A stretch of DNA of 64,000 nucleotides from Chiloscyllium plagiosum (Eukaryota), in contig NC_057720.1 in the NCBI RefSeq assembly GCF_004010195.1, positions 78,794,132-78,858,131 on the forward strand, in the 5' to 3' direction. The notes under the pieces are model-generated. The model searched no databases, was not told where the DNA came from, and saw nothing but the letters and a program-made list of their open reading frames with translations. This document shows positions 39,601 through 51,799 of this stretch, in pieces. A program made the position numbers and the translations under genes. Positions within the stretch are counted from its first letter, which is position 1, and each line of letters opens with the position of its first letter.

Positions 39601-40504
39601 ACTTAAATATCAGACCAAAACATATGATATGCTGACATCAGTGCAATTACATCTGTCTATTATTCATTTGCCCCTTCAATATCTACCTGCCATTCCTTAG
39701 AAAAATTAAAAGTTTAATTTGTCAACTGACCAGCCTAGGGCATTATCCTTCAGATACTTCAGGTCAAAATGAAACTCAATAAAGCTTCACTCTAATAGAC
39801 CACCTTCCACATCTGGAAGGATTTCCTTAAGGCTTTCTATATCCAGTTGTTCTAGACTGTGCTGTAAAGTAGGAAAGGCACTGAATAGTGCGCACACAGT
39901 AATGTTTCATGAATAACCAGGTATTAATAACTAGTTCCTCTATTTAAGATTGAGGGACAAATATTCGACAATGTGCAAGGGAGAGTTCCACTGATTTTCT
40001 TCAAATTCTTGAGATAATGGGATCTTATGGTCATCCGAGATTAACATTTTTGAATGATGATATTCCCTCCAGCAAAGACAAGAACAAACATTTCCATCCA
40101 GTCAAAAAGCTGACCCAATAATGTGGCCAATTTAATTTTAGTACTGACAAGAGTTGAAGCCATTGTCAACTGCAACATACACACATGAATTCAGTAGGGT
40201 TACCCCCATATTTGCGTTCACATTTCCAGTTTTCCTTTCTGTGAAATGTGGACTAAAATCTAATTTCTTTGTACAAATGATTTCAAATTACATCATGGTA
40301 TCGAATGATATCATGAAGGTATTCCTCCTTTCTCTCTGCTTCAACTAGTGTTATTTCTAATCACACTAATAAGAGGGAGGGGGAAGAAAACAATACGCAC
40401 CTGAAAATGCAGAACTAAACCTCTCGAGTGTTCACTCCACGTTGTCTCAACCTGAAATGGGGAGGCACAGCAGTTATTGTTCATTGTTTATTGTGTTTTC
40501 AAAT

Positions 40505-40533
40505 GTTTCCATGGTTACTGATTTATGACATCA
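40505..40533. promoter_or_regulatory. RFX X-box plus CRE-like composite (repeated in each M module)
   Basis: GTTTCCATGGTTAC-N7-TGACATCA. Also at 43570, 44463 and 50412 (X-box only), with the variant ATTTCCGTGGTTAC at 42254 and 46216. Confidence 0.45.
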
Positions 40534-43500
40534 TAGTCCAAACATTGTGAAGTCACTGGACTCATTATTTTCAAAAGAAAACCCTCTAAAAAGGAACACA
40601 AAGTCTGCTTGAGCAGTTATCTGTTGTTTTCTACTTCATCGCTGTTTACATGGTCATGTGGAGAGGGAGGGTCTGTTGGTAAATTTGGCCATCATGTCAT
40701 GGATACAATACCCCCACACCTCCACCTTGCCAGTCAGGTTGAAATCACCAGGATGCCCTGCCACACATGACTAAAAACATCAAGTTATTGGCATTGTGGT
40801 TGGGCTTGCTGGTTAGCTCGCAAGAGGATAGGTGGTCACATCAGTCCTCAAAGTCCCTCAAAAACCAGATAAAACTTTACTGTTGAGGTCAGCTCATACA
40901 TTGACCTTTGATGCCTCAAAAGACATCGTTAACACTGTTTGATTTGTACGTGAGGATAAAAGTGGGCGACTGGCTCTGGGGATGGTGTTCACAATCTTTG
41001 TCAATCATCCTGTGATGTCTGATCTGTGTGGAAGTTTCTTAAAAGCCCATAAAACATCACCACATAGCCCATACTGTATTTCTGGCTTGGTCTCTTGTGC
41101 TCACTCATTAGGTAAAATTAAGCAATACTCTATTTGTGGGATCAGAAATATTGGCTGACTACTAATGTGAGTACAGAATGCCTTTGCTGCATGGGGGCAT
41201 TGGCTTATCCATAAAGTATACAAGCAGAAACACGATTTCGCAGATTAAAACATGGCGTCACCTTGTTCCAGTTCAACATGATCTACAGGTGTTTTTTTAT
41301 CTATGACAAAATAGTGAGCCAACAATGGGGATAGGTAATCAACTTTCTGCCACAAGTTGTCTTCTAATATGAGGTGCAGTCAAATTTGTAATACAAGTGA
41401 GGAGATAATTTGAGTCAAACCCCAGTTAAACCCAAAAGGTGGAATACTGCAGTCAAATTTTAATATTAGATCAATAAATATCAAACATTTCTTTTTCTTC
41501 TGCCACTATTCATCTTACCTACTCAATGTCCTCTAAACCATTAATGCTTATCCACGCATATTTTCGTAATCAATAACTCCAATCTCTCCACCCAAACTCA
41601 ATCCAATTTCCTCTATGTAGCAGTGCTCCATTGCTCCCATGTGATTCTGAAAATGTGTCTGACACTAATCTCTTAAAATTAGTCTAGTTTAAACACAGTA
41701 ATGGCACAGCAGAGTGGTGCTATGGTGAATGCACTGTGCCTCGAAGGATTTAAAGTTTAACTGTCCCTGTCCCTGGATTGTTTTGCTGGGGACAATGTCA
41801 ATAGAACTTTGCTTTCAGTTTCCTTTTCTTTCAAACAGTAGACACATAAAAAGTGGCTAATTTAATTTTTATTGTGGCAAGGATGAGACCATTGCCAACT
41901 GTAACATTCACTCATGAATTCAATAGAGTTATCCCCATATTTGCATTCATGTTTCCAAATTTCCTTTCTCTGAAACATGAGTCAAAATCCAATTTCGTTA
42001 CAAATTCTGCCCAATAGAAATGATTTCAAATTACATCAAAACATTTCTCACAACCAAGAGTAATACCACAAAGGTATCCTTTCCCTTTGTTTCAACTAGT
42101 GTTAGTTCTAATTAGACTAACGAGGGAGAGGGAAAAAAAATCAATACACACCTGAAAATGCAGAATTAAAACTCTGGCAGTGTTCACTTCACGTTGTCTC
42201 AATATAAAATGGGGACAGATAGCAGTTATTGTTTATGTTTTTTGTTGTCAAACATTTCCGTGGTTACTGATTTATGACATCATAGTCAAACCATCATGAA
42301 GTCACCGAACCCACCCTTTTCAAAAGAAAACTTTCCATGAGGGAACACAAAGACTGCTTCGGCAGTTATCTATTGTTTTCCACTTCATGACTTTTTACAT
42401 GGTTGTCATGTGGTGTGGGTCTGTTGGTAAAATTGGGCACCATGCCCTGGGTACAGTTCCCCATCTCCACCAACACCCTCTCCCTGCAATCTTGAAAGTA
42501 CCAGGAGGCACACCCACATCTAAATAAAAACTTGATGAATTGGTTTTGAGGTTGGGCTGGCTGGTCAGCTGTCAAGTGGATGGGTGGCCTCATCAGTCCT
42601 CAAACTCCTTTAAAAACAGATAAATCTACAACCCTCTACCATTTAACTCAGCACAGACACTGACCTTTGGAGTCTCAAAAGACTCCAACAACACTGGTTT
42701 ATATGCTGAGAACAAAAGTAGACAACTGACTCTGGGGTTGGTGTTCACAATCTTTGTCATTCATTCTATGGTGTCTGATCTGTGTGGAGGTAATTGTAAT
42801 GTAATTGGTTGCGAAAAGGAGATCTGGGACGAATCTCTTTTCATTGGTGATAATATAAGACAACTTCTTTCTCTTTTCTTGCAGTTTTTCACTGAACCAT
42901 TTAGTATAGACTGTGTGATAATCTTATCTTTGTGCCAATCCTTTGTGATTTGAAATAGTAATTAAAATGTCACAAGAAAGGAAAGCATACCAACTCAGCG
43001 TGCATCAGAACTAATCCTTCAGAAACCTCAGCAGGCCGCACCAAGTGGAACACAAGGAAACGTTGACTTAAATTGCACCTTTCCCAACTGAGGAGACTGC
43101 TCAAAAAACCTCATACTAAAGAATCTTTAGCAGCTGCATTATAAGAAATATAAAAAGTGGCCAATTTAATTTCAATTTTATTATAAATTCTACCTAGTAC
43201 AAATGATTTCAAATTACATCAAAACATTTCTCACAACTGAGAGTAATTCCACATAAGTATCCTTTCTCTCTGCTTCAAGTAGTGTTATTTCTAATCAGGC
43301 TATTGAGGGAGAGGGAAAATAAACAATACGCACCTGAAAACGCAGAACTAAACCTCTCGAGTGTTCACTCCACGTTGTCTCAACCTGAAATGGGGAGGCA
43401 GAGCAGTTATTGTTCATTGTTTATTGTGTTTTCATAAGAGGGAGGGGGAAGAAAACAATACGCACCTGAAAATACAGAACTAAACCTCTCGAGTGTTCAC

Positions 43501-46500
43501 TCCACGTTGTCTCAACCTGAAATGGGGAGGCAGAGCAGTTATTGTTCATTGTTTATTGTGTTTTCAAATGTTTCCATGGTTACTGATTTATGACATCATA
43601 GTAAAAACATTGTGAAGTCACTGGATTCATTATTTTCAAAAGAAAACCTTCTAAAAAGGAACACAAAGTCTGCTTGAGCAGTTATCTGTTGTTTTCTACT
43701 TCATCGCCGTTTACATGGTCATGTTGAGAGGGAGGGTCGATGTTGATAAATTTGGCCATCATGTCATGGATAACAGTACCCCCCACCTTCACCTTGCCAG
43801 TCAGGTTGAAATCATCAGGATGCCCTGCCACATGTGACTAAAACATCAAGTTATTGGTATTGTGGTTGGGCTGGCTGGTTAGCTCTCAAAGGGATGGGTT
43901 GGTCACATCAGTCCCCAAAGTCCCTTAAAAACCAGATAAATCTTCAATGCCTCGAAGGATTTAAAGTTTAACTGTCCCTGTCCCTGGATTGTTTTGCTGG
44001 GGACAATGTCAACAGAACTTTGCTTTCAGTTTCCTTTTCTTTCAAACAGTAGACACATAAAAAGCGGCCAATTTAATTTTTATTTTGGCAAGGATGGGAG
44101 CCATTGCCAACTGTAACATTCACACATGAATTCAATAGAGTTATCCCCATATTCACATTCATGTTTCCAATTTTCCTTTCTGTGAAACATGGATTAAAAT
44201 CCAAGTTTGTTCTAAATTCTGCCCAGGACAAATGATTTCAAATTACATCAAAACATTTCTCACAACCGAGAGTAATTTCACAAAAGCATCCTTTCTCTCT
44301 GCTTCAACTAGTGTTATTTCTAATCAAAATAATGAGGGAGAGGGGAATAAAAAACAATACGCACCTGAAAATGCAGAACTAAAACTCTACAGTGTTCACT
44401 CCACGTTGTCTCAACCTGAAATGGGGACAACACAGCAGTTATTTTTTATTGTGTTTTCAAATGTTTCCATGGTTACTGATTTATGACATCACAGTCAAAA
44501 CATTGTGAAGTCACTGGACTCATTATTTTCAAAAACGAACACAAAGTCTGCTTGAGCAGTTACCTGTTGTTTTCTACTCCATCTCCGTTTACATAGTCAT
44601 GTGGAGAGGGAGGGTCTGTTGGTAAAATTGGCCATCATGTCATGGATACAGTACCCCCACCCTGCCTTTGCCAGTTGGGTGAAGGCACCAGGATTCCCTG
44701 CCACACGTGACTAAAATATCAAATCATTGGTATTGTATTGTGGTTGGGCTGGCTGGTTAGCTCTCAAGAGGATGGATGGTCACATCAGTCCTCAAAGTCC
44801 ATCAAAAACCAGATAAATCTTTACTGTTGAGGTGAGCTCACACATTGACCTTTGATGCCTCAAAAGACACCATTAACACTGTTTGATTTGTACATGAGAA
44901 TAAAAGTGGGTGACTAGCTCTGGGTATAGTGCTCACAATCTTTGTCAATCATCCTGTGATGTCTGATCTGTGTGAATGTTTCTTAAAAGCCCACAAAACA
45001 TTACAACATAGCCCATACTGTATTTCTGGCTTGGTCTCTTGTGCTCACTCATTAGGTAAAATTAAGCAAAACTCCATTTGTGGGATCAGAAATATTGGCT
45101 GACTACTAATGTGAGTACAGAATGCCTTTGCTGCATGGGGGCATTGGCTTATCCATAAAGTATACATGCAGAAACACATTTCGCAGATTAAAACATGGCA
45201 CCATCTTGTTCCAGTTCAACATGATCTACAGGTGTTTTTTTTATCTATGACAAAACAGTGAGGCAACAATGGGGATAGACAATCAACAAAATAGTGAGCC
45301 AACAAATGGGGATAGGTAATCAACTTTCTGCCACAAGTTGTCTTCTAATATAAGGTGCAGTCAAATTTGTAATACAAGTGAGGAGATAATTTGAGTCAAA
45401 CCCCAGTTAAACCCAAAAGGTGGAATACTGCAGTCAAATTTTAATACTAGATCAATAAATATCAAACATTTCTTTCTCTTCTGCCACTATTCATCTGCCT
45501 ACTCAATGTCCACTAAACCATTATTGCTTATCCATGCATATTTTCATAATCAATAACTCCAATCTCTCCACCCAAACTCAGTCCAATTTCCTCTATGTAG
45601 CAGTGCTCCATTGCTCCCATGTGATTCTGAAAAGGATGTCTGACACTAATCTCTTAAAATTAGTTTAGTTTAAACACAGTAATGCCACAGCAGAGTGGTG
45701 CAATGGTGAATGCACTGTGCCTCGAATGATTGAACATTTAGCTGTCCCTAACACAGAAATGTTTTGCTGGAGTCAATATCAATGGAAATTTATTTTCAAA
45801 CAGTAGACACATAAAAAGTGGCCAATTTAATTTTTATTGTGGCAAGGATGGGAGCCATTGCCAACTGTAACATTCACACATGAATTCAATAGAGTTATCC
45901 CCATTTTTGCATTCCTGTTTCCAATTTTCCTTTCTGTGAAACATGAATTAAAATCCAATTTCGGTACAAATTCTGCCCAATAGAAATGATTTCAAATCAC
46001 ATCAAAACATTTCTCAGAACTGAAAGTAATACCACAATAGTAACATTTCCCTCTGTTTCAACCAGTGTTAATTTTAATCAGACTAACGAGGGAGAGGGAA
46101 ACAAAATACCCACCTGAAAATGCAGAACTAAAACTCTGGCAGTGTTCACTTCACGTTGTCTCAACATGAAATGTGGACACATAGCAGTTATTGTTTATGT
46201 TTTTTGTTGACAAACATTTCCGTGGTTACTGATTTATGACATCATAGTCAAACCATCATGAAGTCACCGAACCCATCCTTTTCAAAAGAAAACTTTCCAT
46301 GAGGGAACACAAAGACTGCTTCGGCAGTTATCTATTGTTTTCCACTTCATGACTTTTTACATGGTTGTCATGTGGTGTGGGTCTGTTGGTAAAATTGGGC
46401 ACCATGTCTTGGGTACAGTTCCCCATCTCCACCAACACCCTCCCTGCAATCTTGAAAGTACCAGGAGGCACACCCACATCTGAATAAAAACTTGATGAAT

Positions 46501-46652
46501 TGGTTTTGAGGTTGGGCTGGCTGGTCAGCTGTCAAGTGGATGGGTGGCCACATCAGTCCTCAAACTCCTTTAAAAACAGATAAATCTACAACCCTCTACC
46601 ATTTAACTCAGCACAGACACTGACCTTTGGAGTCTCAAAAGACTCCACCAAC

Positions 46653-47202
46653 TGTGAGAGGTAATTTCGGTTTAAACTTTAAGATGTGCCTGGACCACAG
46701 ACTGATCTATAATAAAAGACAAAACTTTTGTTTCTTTTCTAACAACCATTTTATATACTCAAAAGTAGAATAGTTTAAATTGTGCAGAATGCTGACAATT
46801 TGTGAGCGATAGTAAAAACAAGCAGGCTCTTGATTGATGAAGCCATTCACACAGCAGGGAAGGATAAGTCCTTGACTGATAAGACTGCTAGCACAGACAG
46901 AGAAGAATAAGTCTTTGACTGATAAGACTACAGGGTGAGAAAAACAACAACTTTAGAGACTCTGAAGACATTTCTTGCAGACTTTGTGATAAAAATAATG
47001 ATGTTTTTAAGAATGTGAACCTCATGGCTTGTTGGAGCCAAGGAGAGGAGGGACATGTGCTGTATATAATGGGAGACTTTGTAAGCCTCAGCGCACCTTT
47101 TCTTTAAGGGTGCCCGACTCTGCAGACTTGACTTGTTAATAAAACTTTGTTTTCCTGAATTTGTCTAGAGCGATTATTGAGAAGCGATTTTCGTTTCTAA
47201 CA
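46653..47202 (+). mobile_element. Solo LTR (550 bp)
   Basis: TG...CA termini, 5-bp TSD CCAAC (46648-46652, 47203-47207), TATA-like ~47063 and AATAAA ~47138. The empty site is visible in the paralogous copy at ~42690. Confidence 0.9.
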
Positions 47203-47644
47203 CCAACACTGGTTTATATGCTGAGAACAAAAGTAGACAACTGACTCTGGGGTTGGTGTTCACAATCTTTGTCATTCATTCTATAGTGTCTGATCTGTGT
47301 GGAGGTAATTGTAATGTAATTGGTTGTGAAAAGGAGATCTGGGACGAAGCTCTTTTCATTGGTGATAATATAAGACAACTTCTTTCTCTTTCCTTGCAGT
47401 TTTTCACTGAACCATTTAGTATAGACTGTGTGATAATCCTATCTTTGTGCCTTTCCTTTGTGATTTGAAATAGTAATTAAAATGTCACAAGAAAGGAAAG
47501 CATACCAAATCAGTGTGCAATAGAACTAATCCTTCAGAAACCTCAGTAGGCCACACCAAGTGGAACACAAGGAAACGTTGACTTAAATTGCACCTTTCGC
47601 AACTGAGGAGACTGCTCAAAGAACCTCTTTCTAAAGAATCTTTA

Positions 47645-47995
47645 GCAGCTGCATTATAAGAAATATGGCTGACCATTTGCACACAGCAAACTTCAACAAA
47701 CTGCTGAATGATAATGACCAGATATTGTTCACTGTTATCATGAATTTTTTTTGGACTTGCATGTTTTAGCTAGGAGCGAGGCAGACATCCACCATTCCTC
47801 TTTACAGAAGGCCACAACATCTAAGTAGAGTAGGCAAACCAGGAGCTCAGTTTGGCATCCTCTGTGACAGCTGACAGCTCTGACAGTGCAATACTGCTCA
47901 ATACTGGACAATATTTGCCAGCCATTCTCAGTATCATTACAACTGATAAATGTCTGACTCTCAGGTGAGACTGTTGCCATTGGTGCAAACTTGAC
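47645..47995 (-). mobile_element. Deu-domain (SacSINE1-like) SINE
   Basis: TTTGCACACAGCAA...ATGATAATGACCAGAT and CTCTGACAGTGCAATACT...TCTGACTCTCAGG blocks. Confidence 0.6.
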
Positions 47996-48089
47996 AGTAA
48001 CTACTTTTCACTGCTGGAATGTAACAATGCTGCTACCACCTCATAGATTATATCAGATGTATATGTGACCAAATAGAATGAAGAATCAT

Positions 48090-48541
48090 TCTTCATGGCG
48101 ACAGAATCAACACGGACATCTACTACAAACCGACCGACACCCACAGCTACCTGGACTACACCTCCTCCCATCCTGCCCCCTGTAAAACCGCCATCCCATT
48201 CTCCCAATTCCTTCGACTCCGCCGCATCTGCTCCCAGGAGGACCAGTTCCAAAAACGCACAACCCAGATGGCCTCCTTCCTCAAGGACCGCAATTTCCCC
48301 CCACCTATCACCCTCACCTTGACCTCTTTCCACCTATCACATTTCCGACGCCCCTCCCACAAGTCCCTCCTCCCTACCTTTTATCTTAGCCTGCTGGACA
48401 AACTTTCCTCATTCCTGAAGAAGGGCTTATGCCCGAAACATCGATTCTCCTGTTCCCTGGAGGCTGCCTGACCTGCTGCGCTTTTCCAGCAACACATTTC
48501 CAGCTCTGATCTCCAGCATCTGCAGACCTCACTTTCTCCCC
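48090..48541 (+). mobile_element. Penelope-like element: RT C-terminal fragment and pseudo-LTR
   Basis: DIYYKPTDTHSYLDYTSSHPAPCKTAIPFSQFLRLRRICS, then CTGAAGAAGGGCTTATGCCCGAAAC. Confidence 0.88.
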
Positions 48542-48889
48542 AAATGGAATGAAGGTCCTGGCAAAATCTCTCTGTGAGTTAAAGAATAAATGGGTGATTG
48601 GATGTAGAGATTTGGGGAACAAGTTATCAACTGATTGGAGTTTGCTCTGTGGAAAGAAACTGAGGATACGTATATCTTTCTGCCTCAAAACTGCACTACA
48701 GACATTGAGTTGTTTCTTCAAGATGGCTATGACAATATACCCAAAAAACCTAAAAGATAAATGAAAATAGCATTCATGTCAAACTTAAACACAAAAAAAG
48801 AAAGACTGCAGTGTAATTACATCCTTCCATTATCTATTTGCCCCTTCAATATCTCCTTGCCCTTTCTTGGAAAACCAGATATTCTAAAT

Positions 48890-49712
48890 TAATCTAGTCC
48901 CATTTGCCAGCACTTGGCCCATATCCCTCTAAACCCTTCCTATTCATATACCCATCCAGATACATTTTAAATGTAATTTTACCAGCTCCACAACTTCCTT
49001 TGGCAGCCCATTCCATACATACACTACACACAGTGTGAAAAGGTTGTCCCTTAGGTCTCTTTTATATCTTTCCCCTCTCACCCTAAACCTATACCCTCTA
49101 GTTCTGGACTCCCCGACCCCAGGGAAAAGACTTTGTCTATTTACCCTATCCGTGCCCCTCATGATTTTATAAACCTTTATAAGGTCACCCCTCAGCCTCA
49201 GAAGCTCCAGGGAAAACAACCCCAGCCTATTCAACCTCTCCCTATAGCTCAAATCCTCCAACCCTGGCAAATCTTTGTAAATCTTTTCTGAACCCTTTCA
49301 AATTTCACAACATGCTTCCTGTAAGAGGGAAACCAGAATTGCACACAATATTCCAAAAGTGGCCCAACCATCATCCTGTACAGCCACCACATGACCGCCC
49401 CAACATCTATACTCAATGTTCTGACCAAAGAAGGAAAGCATACAAAACGCCTTCTTCACCATCCTATCTATCTGTGAATCCAGTTTCTAGGAACTATGAA
49501 CTCGCACTCCAAGGTCTCTTCGTTCAGTAACACTCCCCAGGACCTTACCATTAAGTGTCTTAAGTCCTCCCCTGATTTGCCTTACCAAAATTAAAATCCA
49601 TTTGCCACTCTTCGGCCCATTGGCCCGTCTGATCAAAATCCTGTTTGTACTCTGAGGTTACCTTCTTCGCTCTCTGTCCCTCTAATTTTGGTGCCATCTG
49701 CAAACTTACTAA
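48890..49712 (-). mobile_element. CR1 LINE 3' part
   Basis: FADGTKI, LPGLEDLSYRERLNRLGLFSL...LRGDLIKVYKIM. Confidence 0.9.
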
Positions 49713-51799
49713 CTTTCAGCTTCCTTTTAGTTCTGTGGAAAGAAACTGAGGATGCGTATACCTTTCTGCCTCAAAACTGCACTACAGACATTGAGTTTTT
49801 TCTTCAAGATGGCTATGACAATATACCCAAAAAACCTAAAAGATAAATGAAAATAGCATTCATGTCAAACTTAAACACAAAAAAAGAAAGACTGCAGTGT
49901 AATTACATCCTTCCATTATTTATTTGCCCCTTCAATATCTCCTTGCCCTTTCTTGGAAAACCAGATATTCTAAATTAATCTAGTCCCATTTGCCAGCACT
50001 TGGCCCATATCCCTCTAAACCCTTCCTATTCATATACCCATCCAGATACATTTTAAATGTAATTTTACTGGGGCAAGAGTTGGCATCATTGCCAAGTGCT
50101 GTATACAGACATCAATTCAATAAGGTTATCCCCATATTTCCAATTCTCCTGCCTCTTGAAATGTGGACTAAAATCCCATTTCTTTACAAATTCTACAAAC
50201 TGATGTGAAATTATCTCAAAACTCTTCTCACAACCGAGGGTGTTACCACAAAGGTATAGCTCCTTTCTCTCTGCTTCAATTGGTGTTAGTTCTACTTAAA
50301 ACTCTTGAAAAAAACACTTGAAAATGCAGAACTAAAAGTTTACTTCACGTTGTATCAATATGAAATGGGACACAGCAGCTATCCCTTCTGGTTGTCAATA
50401 TTGTCAAAACAGTTTCCATGGTTACTGATTCATACGGTCATAGACCATTATGAGATTATTGGACTTTATTGTTGTTAAATGTAAACCTTGAGAGACTGGA
50501 CACAAAGTTTGCTCAAGCAGTTACCTGTTGCGTTCCACTTCATCACTGTTTACATGGTCGTCATGTGGGGAGGGTCTATTGGTAACATGGACGCAGATTT
50601 GCACTTTCCCCAACACCATTCCTTTCAATCTTGCCAATGAGAATGAAGGTGCCTGGAGGTCTGTCCATACGTGATCAAAATGCCCATTAATTGTTTTTGT
50701 GGTTGGGCAGGCTGGTCAGCTATCACCCCTTCTGTCCATTAGAACCCCTGCCATCTCGCCGCCACCAATTTTGTATTTCCCCACCCATTCTGAATCCTGT
50801 CCAACCTCATCTCCCCTCACTCTTCCCTTGCTGGGTTCTGCCAGCCTGAGGCCAGGGCGACCTTGGACTTACCCACAGCTGTCCTGCTTCCATCATGGAA
50901 TATCTTCTTCTGGATTGACTGCAGCACCAGGCATGTCTACCTTTCCTGGTAGCACTGCCGGGACCAGGTATTGGCCAGCTATTAGACTGACTGGCACATG
51001 TAGAAGACTAGTTTTTCTCCCTAATGGTGCAAAAGAGTGCCTTATGTCCTTGTAGATATTCAGCTGTGGAGGGCAAGCTGCCCAAAGATAGGTACAACTG
51101 ACCCCATCCCTAAAAATCTAGTCCCATGTTTTACTAGATATGATATACCATACTCTTAATATTTTTGACACAATTCCAAATGCCAGATTAAGTGGGTGAG
51201 TGGAACCAAAACCTATTAACATAGTACATTTAAATTAGAATATCGAATGAGTTTGTGAGCTCATGTTATCCTTTGTTTCCAAACAATTGTATTTACTAAT
51301 TTGTCATTTGGAAAAGAAACTCTGTTGAGATGTATCTTTTTGTAGTGTGTGCATGTGTCTATCAGATGAATATAGTTTTAATTCTATATCATATCTTTAC
51401 TGTTAATCAATGTTTGCTACTTGCCTTAAAACAAAAATCAAAAAGGACTATGACAAAAAGAAATCTGATAATACACAGAAATTACTGGAGATACTTAACA
51501 GATCTGGCAGCATCGCTGGAGCAAAAGGAGAGTTAACGTTTCAAGTCCAGTGGCCCTTCTTCAGAGCTTTAAACATGTCTGTTCCCAATAAATGAATTCC
51601 TTTGACTTCATTAAGGAAGCCTGATGAATATTTATTTTATGCTGGATAATATGATCATAGAAAAGCAATTGATCATCATGGTAATTGAATTAGCAAATTA
51701 ATATTATATTAGCAGTGTAACTGGTAGAATAGTGGGGCTTGATTATCAGTGCACTCCTCTAGTCACAGTCACAACAGTACTTAGTTATTATCTCCTGTA

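Larger units (their letters stand above)
38190..50725. repeat. Higher-order tandem array of non-coding modules (N x3-4, M x6, tails T1/T2 x2)
   Basis: Module M at ~40110-40850, 41850-42610, 43150-43940, 44060-44800, 45810-46570 and 50070-50725. Module N at ~38190-38830, 39190-39790 and 47920-48880/49733-49975. The [M-T1-M'-T2] block is repeated at 40110-43150 and 44060-47660. Confidence 0.9.

Noticed and set aside
42738-42953. Duplicated 71-aa ORF, or leader-intron-V-like structure in tail T2 (also 47253-47468)
   Set aside because: No ATG start in both copies, splicing the apparent 95-nt intron gives an immediate stop, and there are no Ig-domain motifs or RSS.
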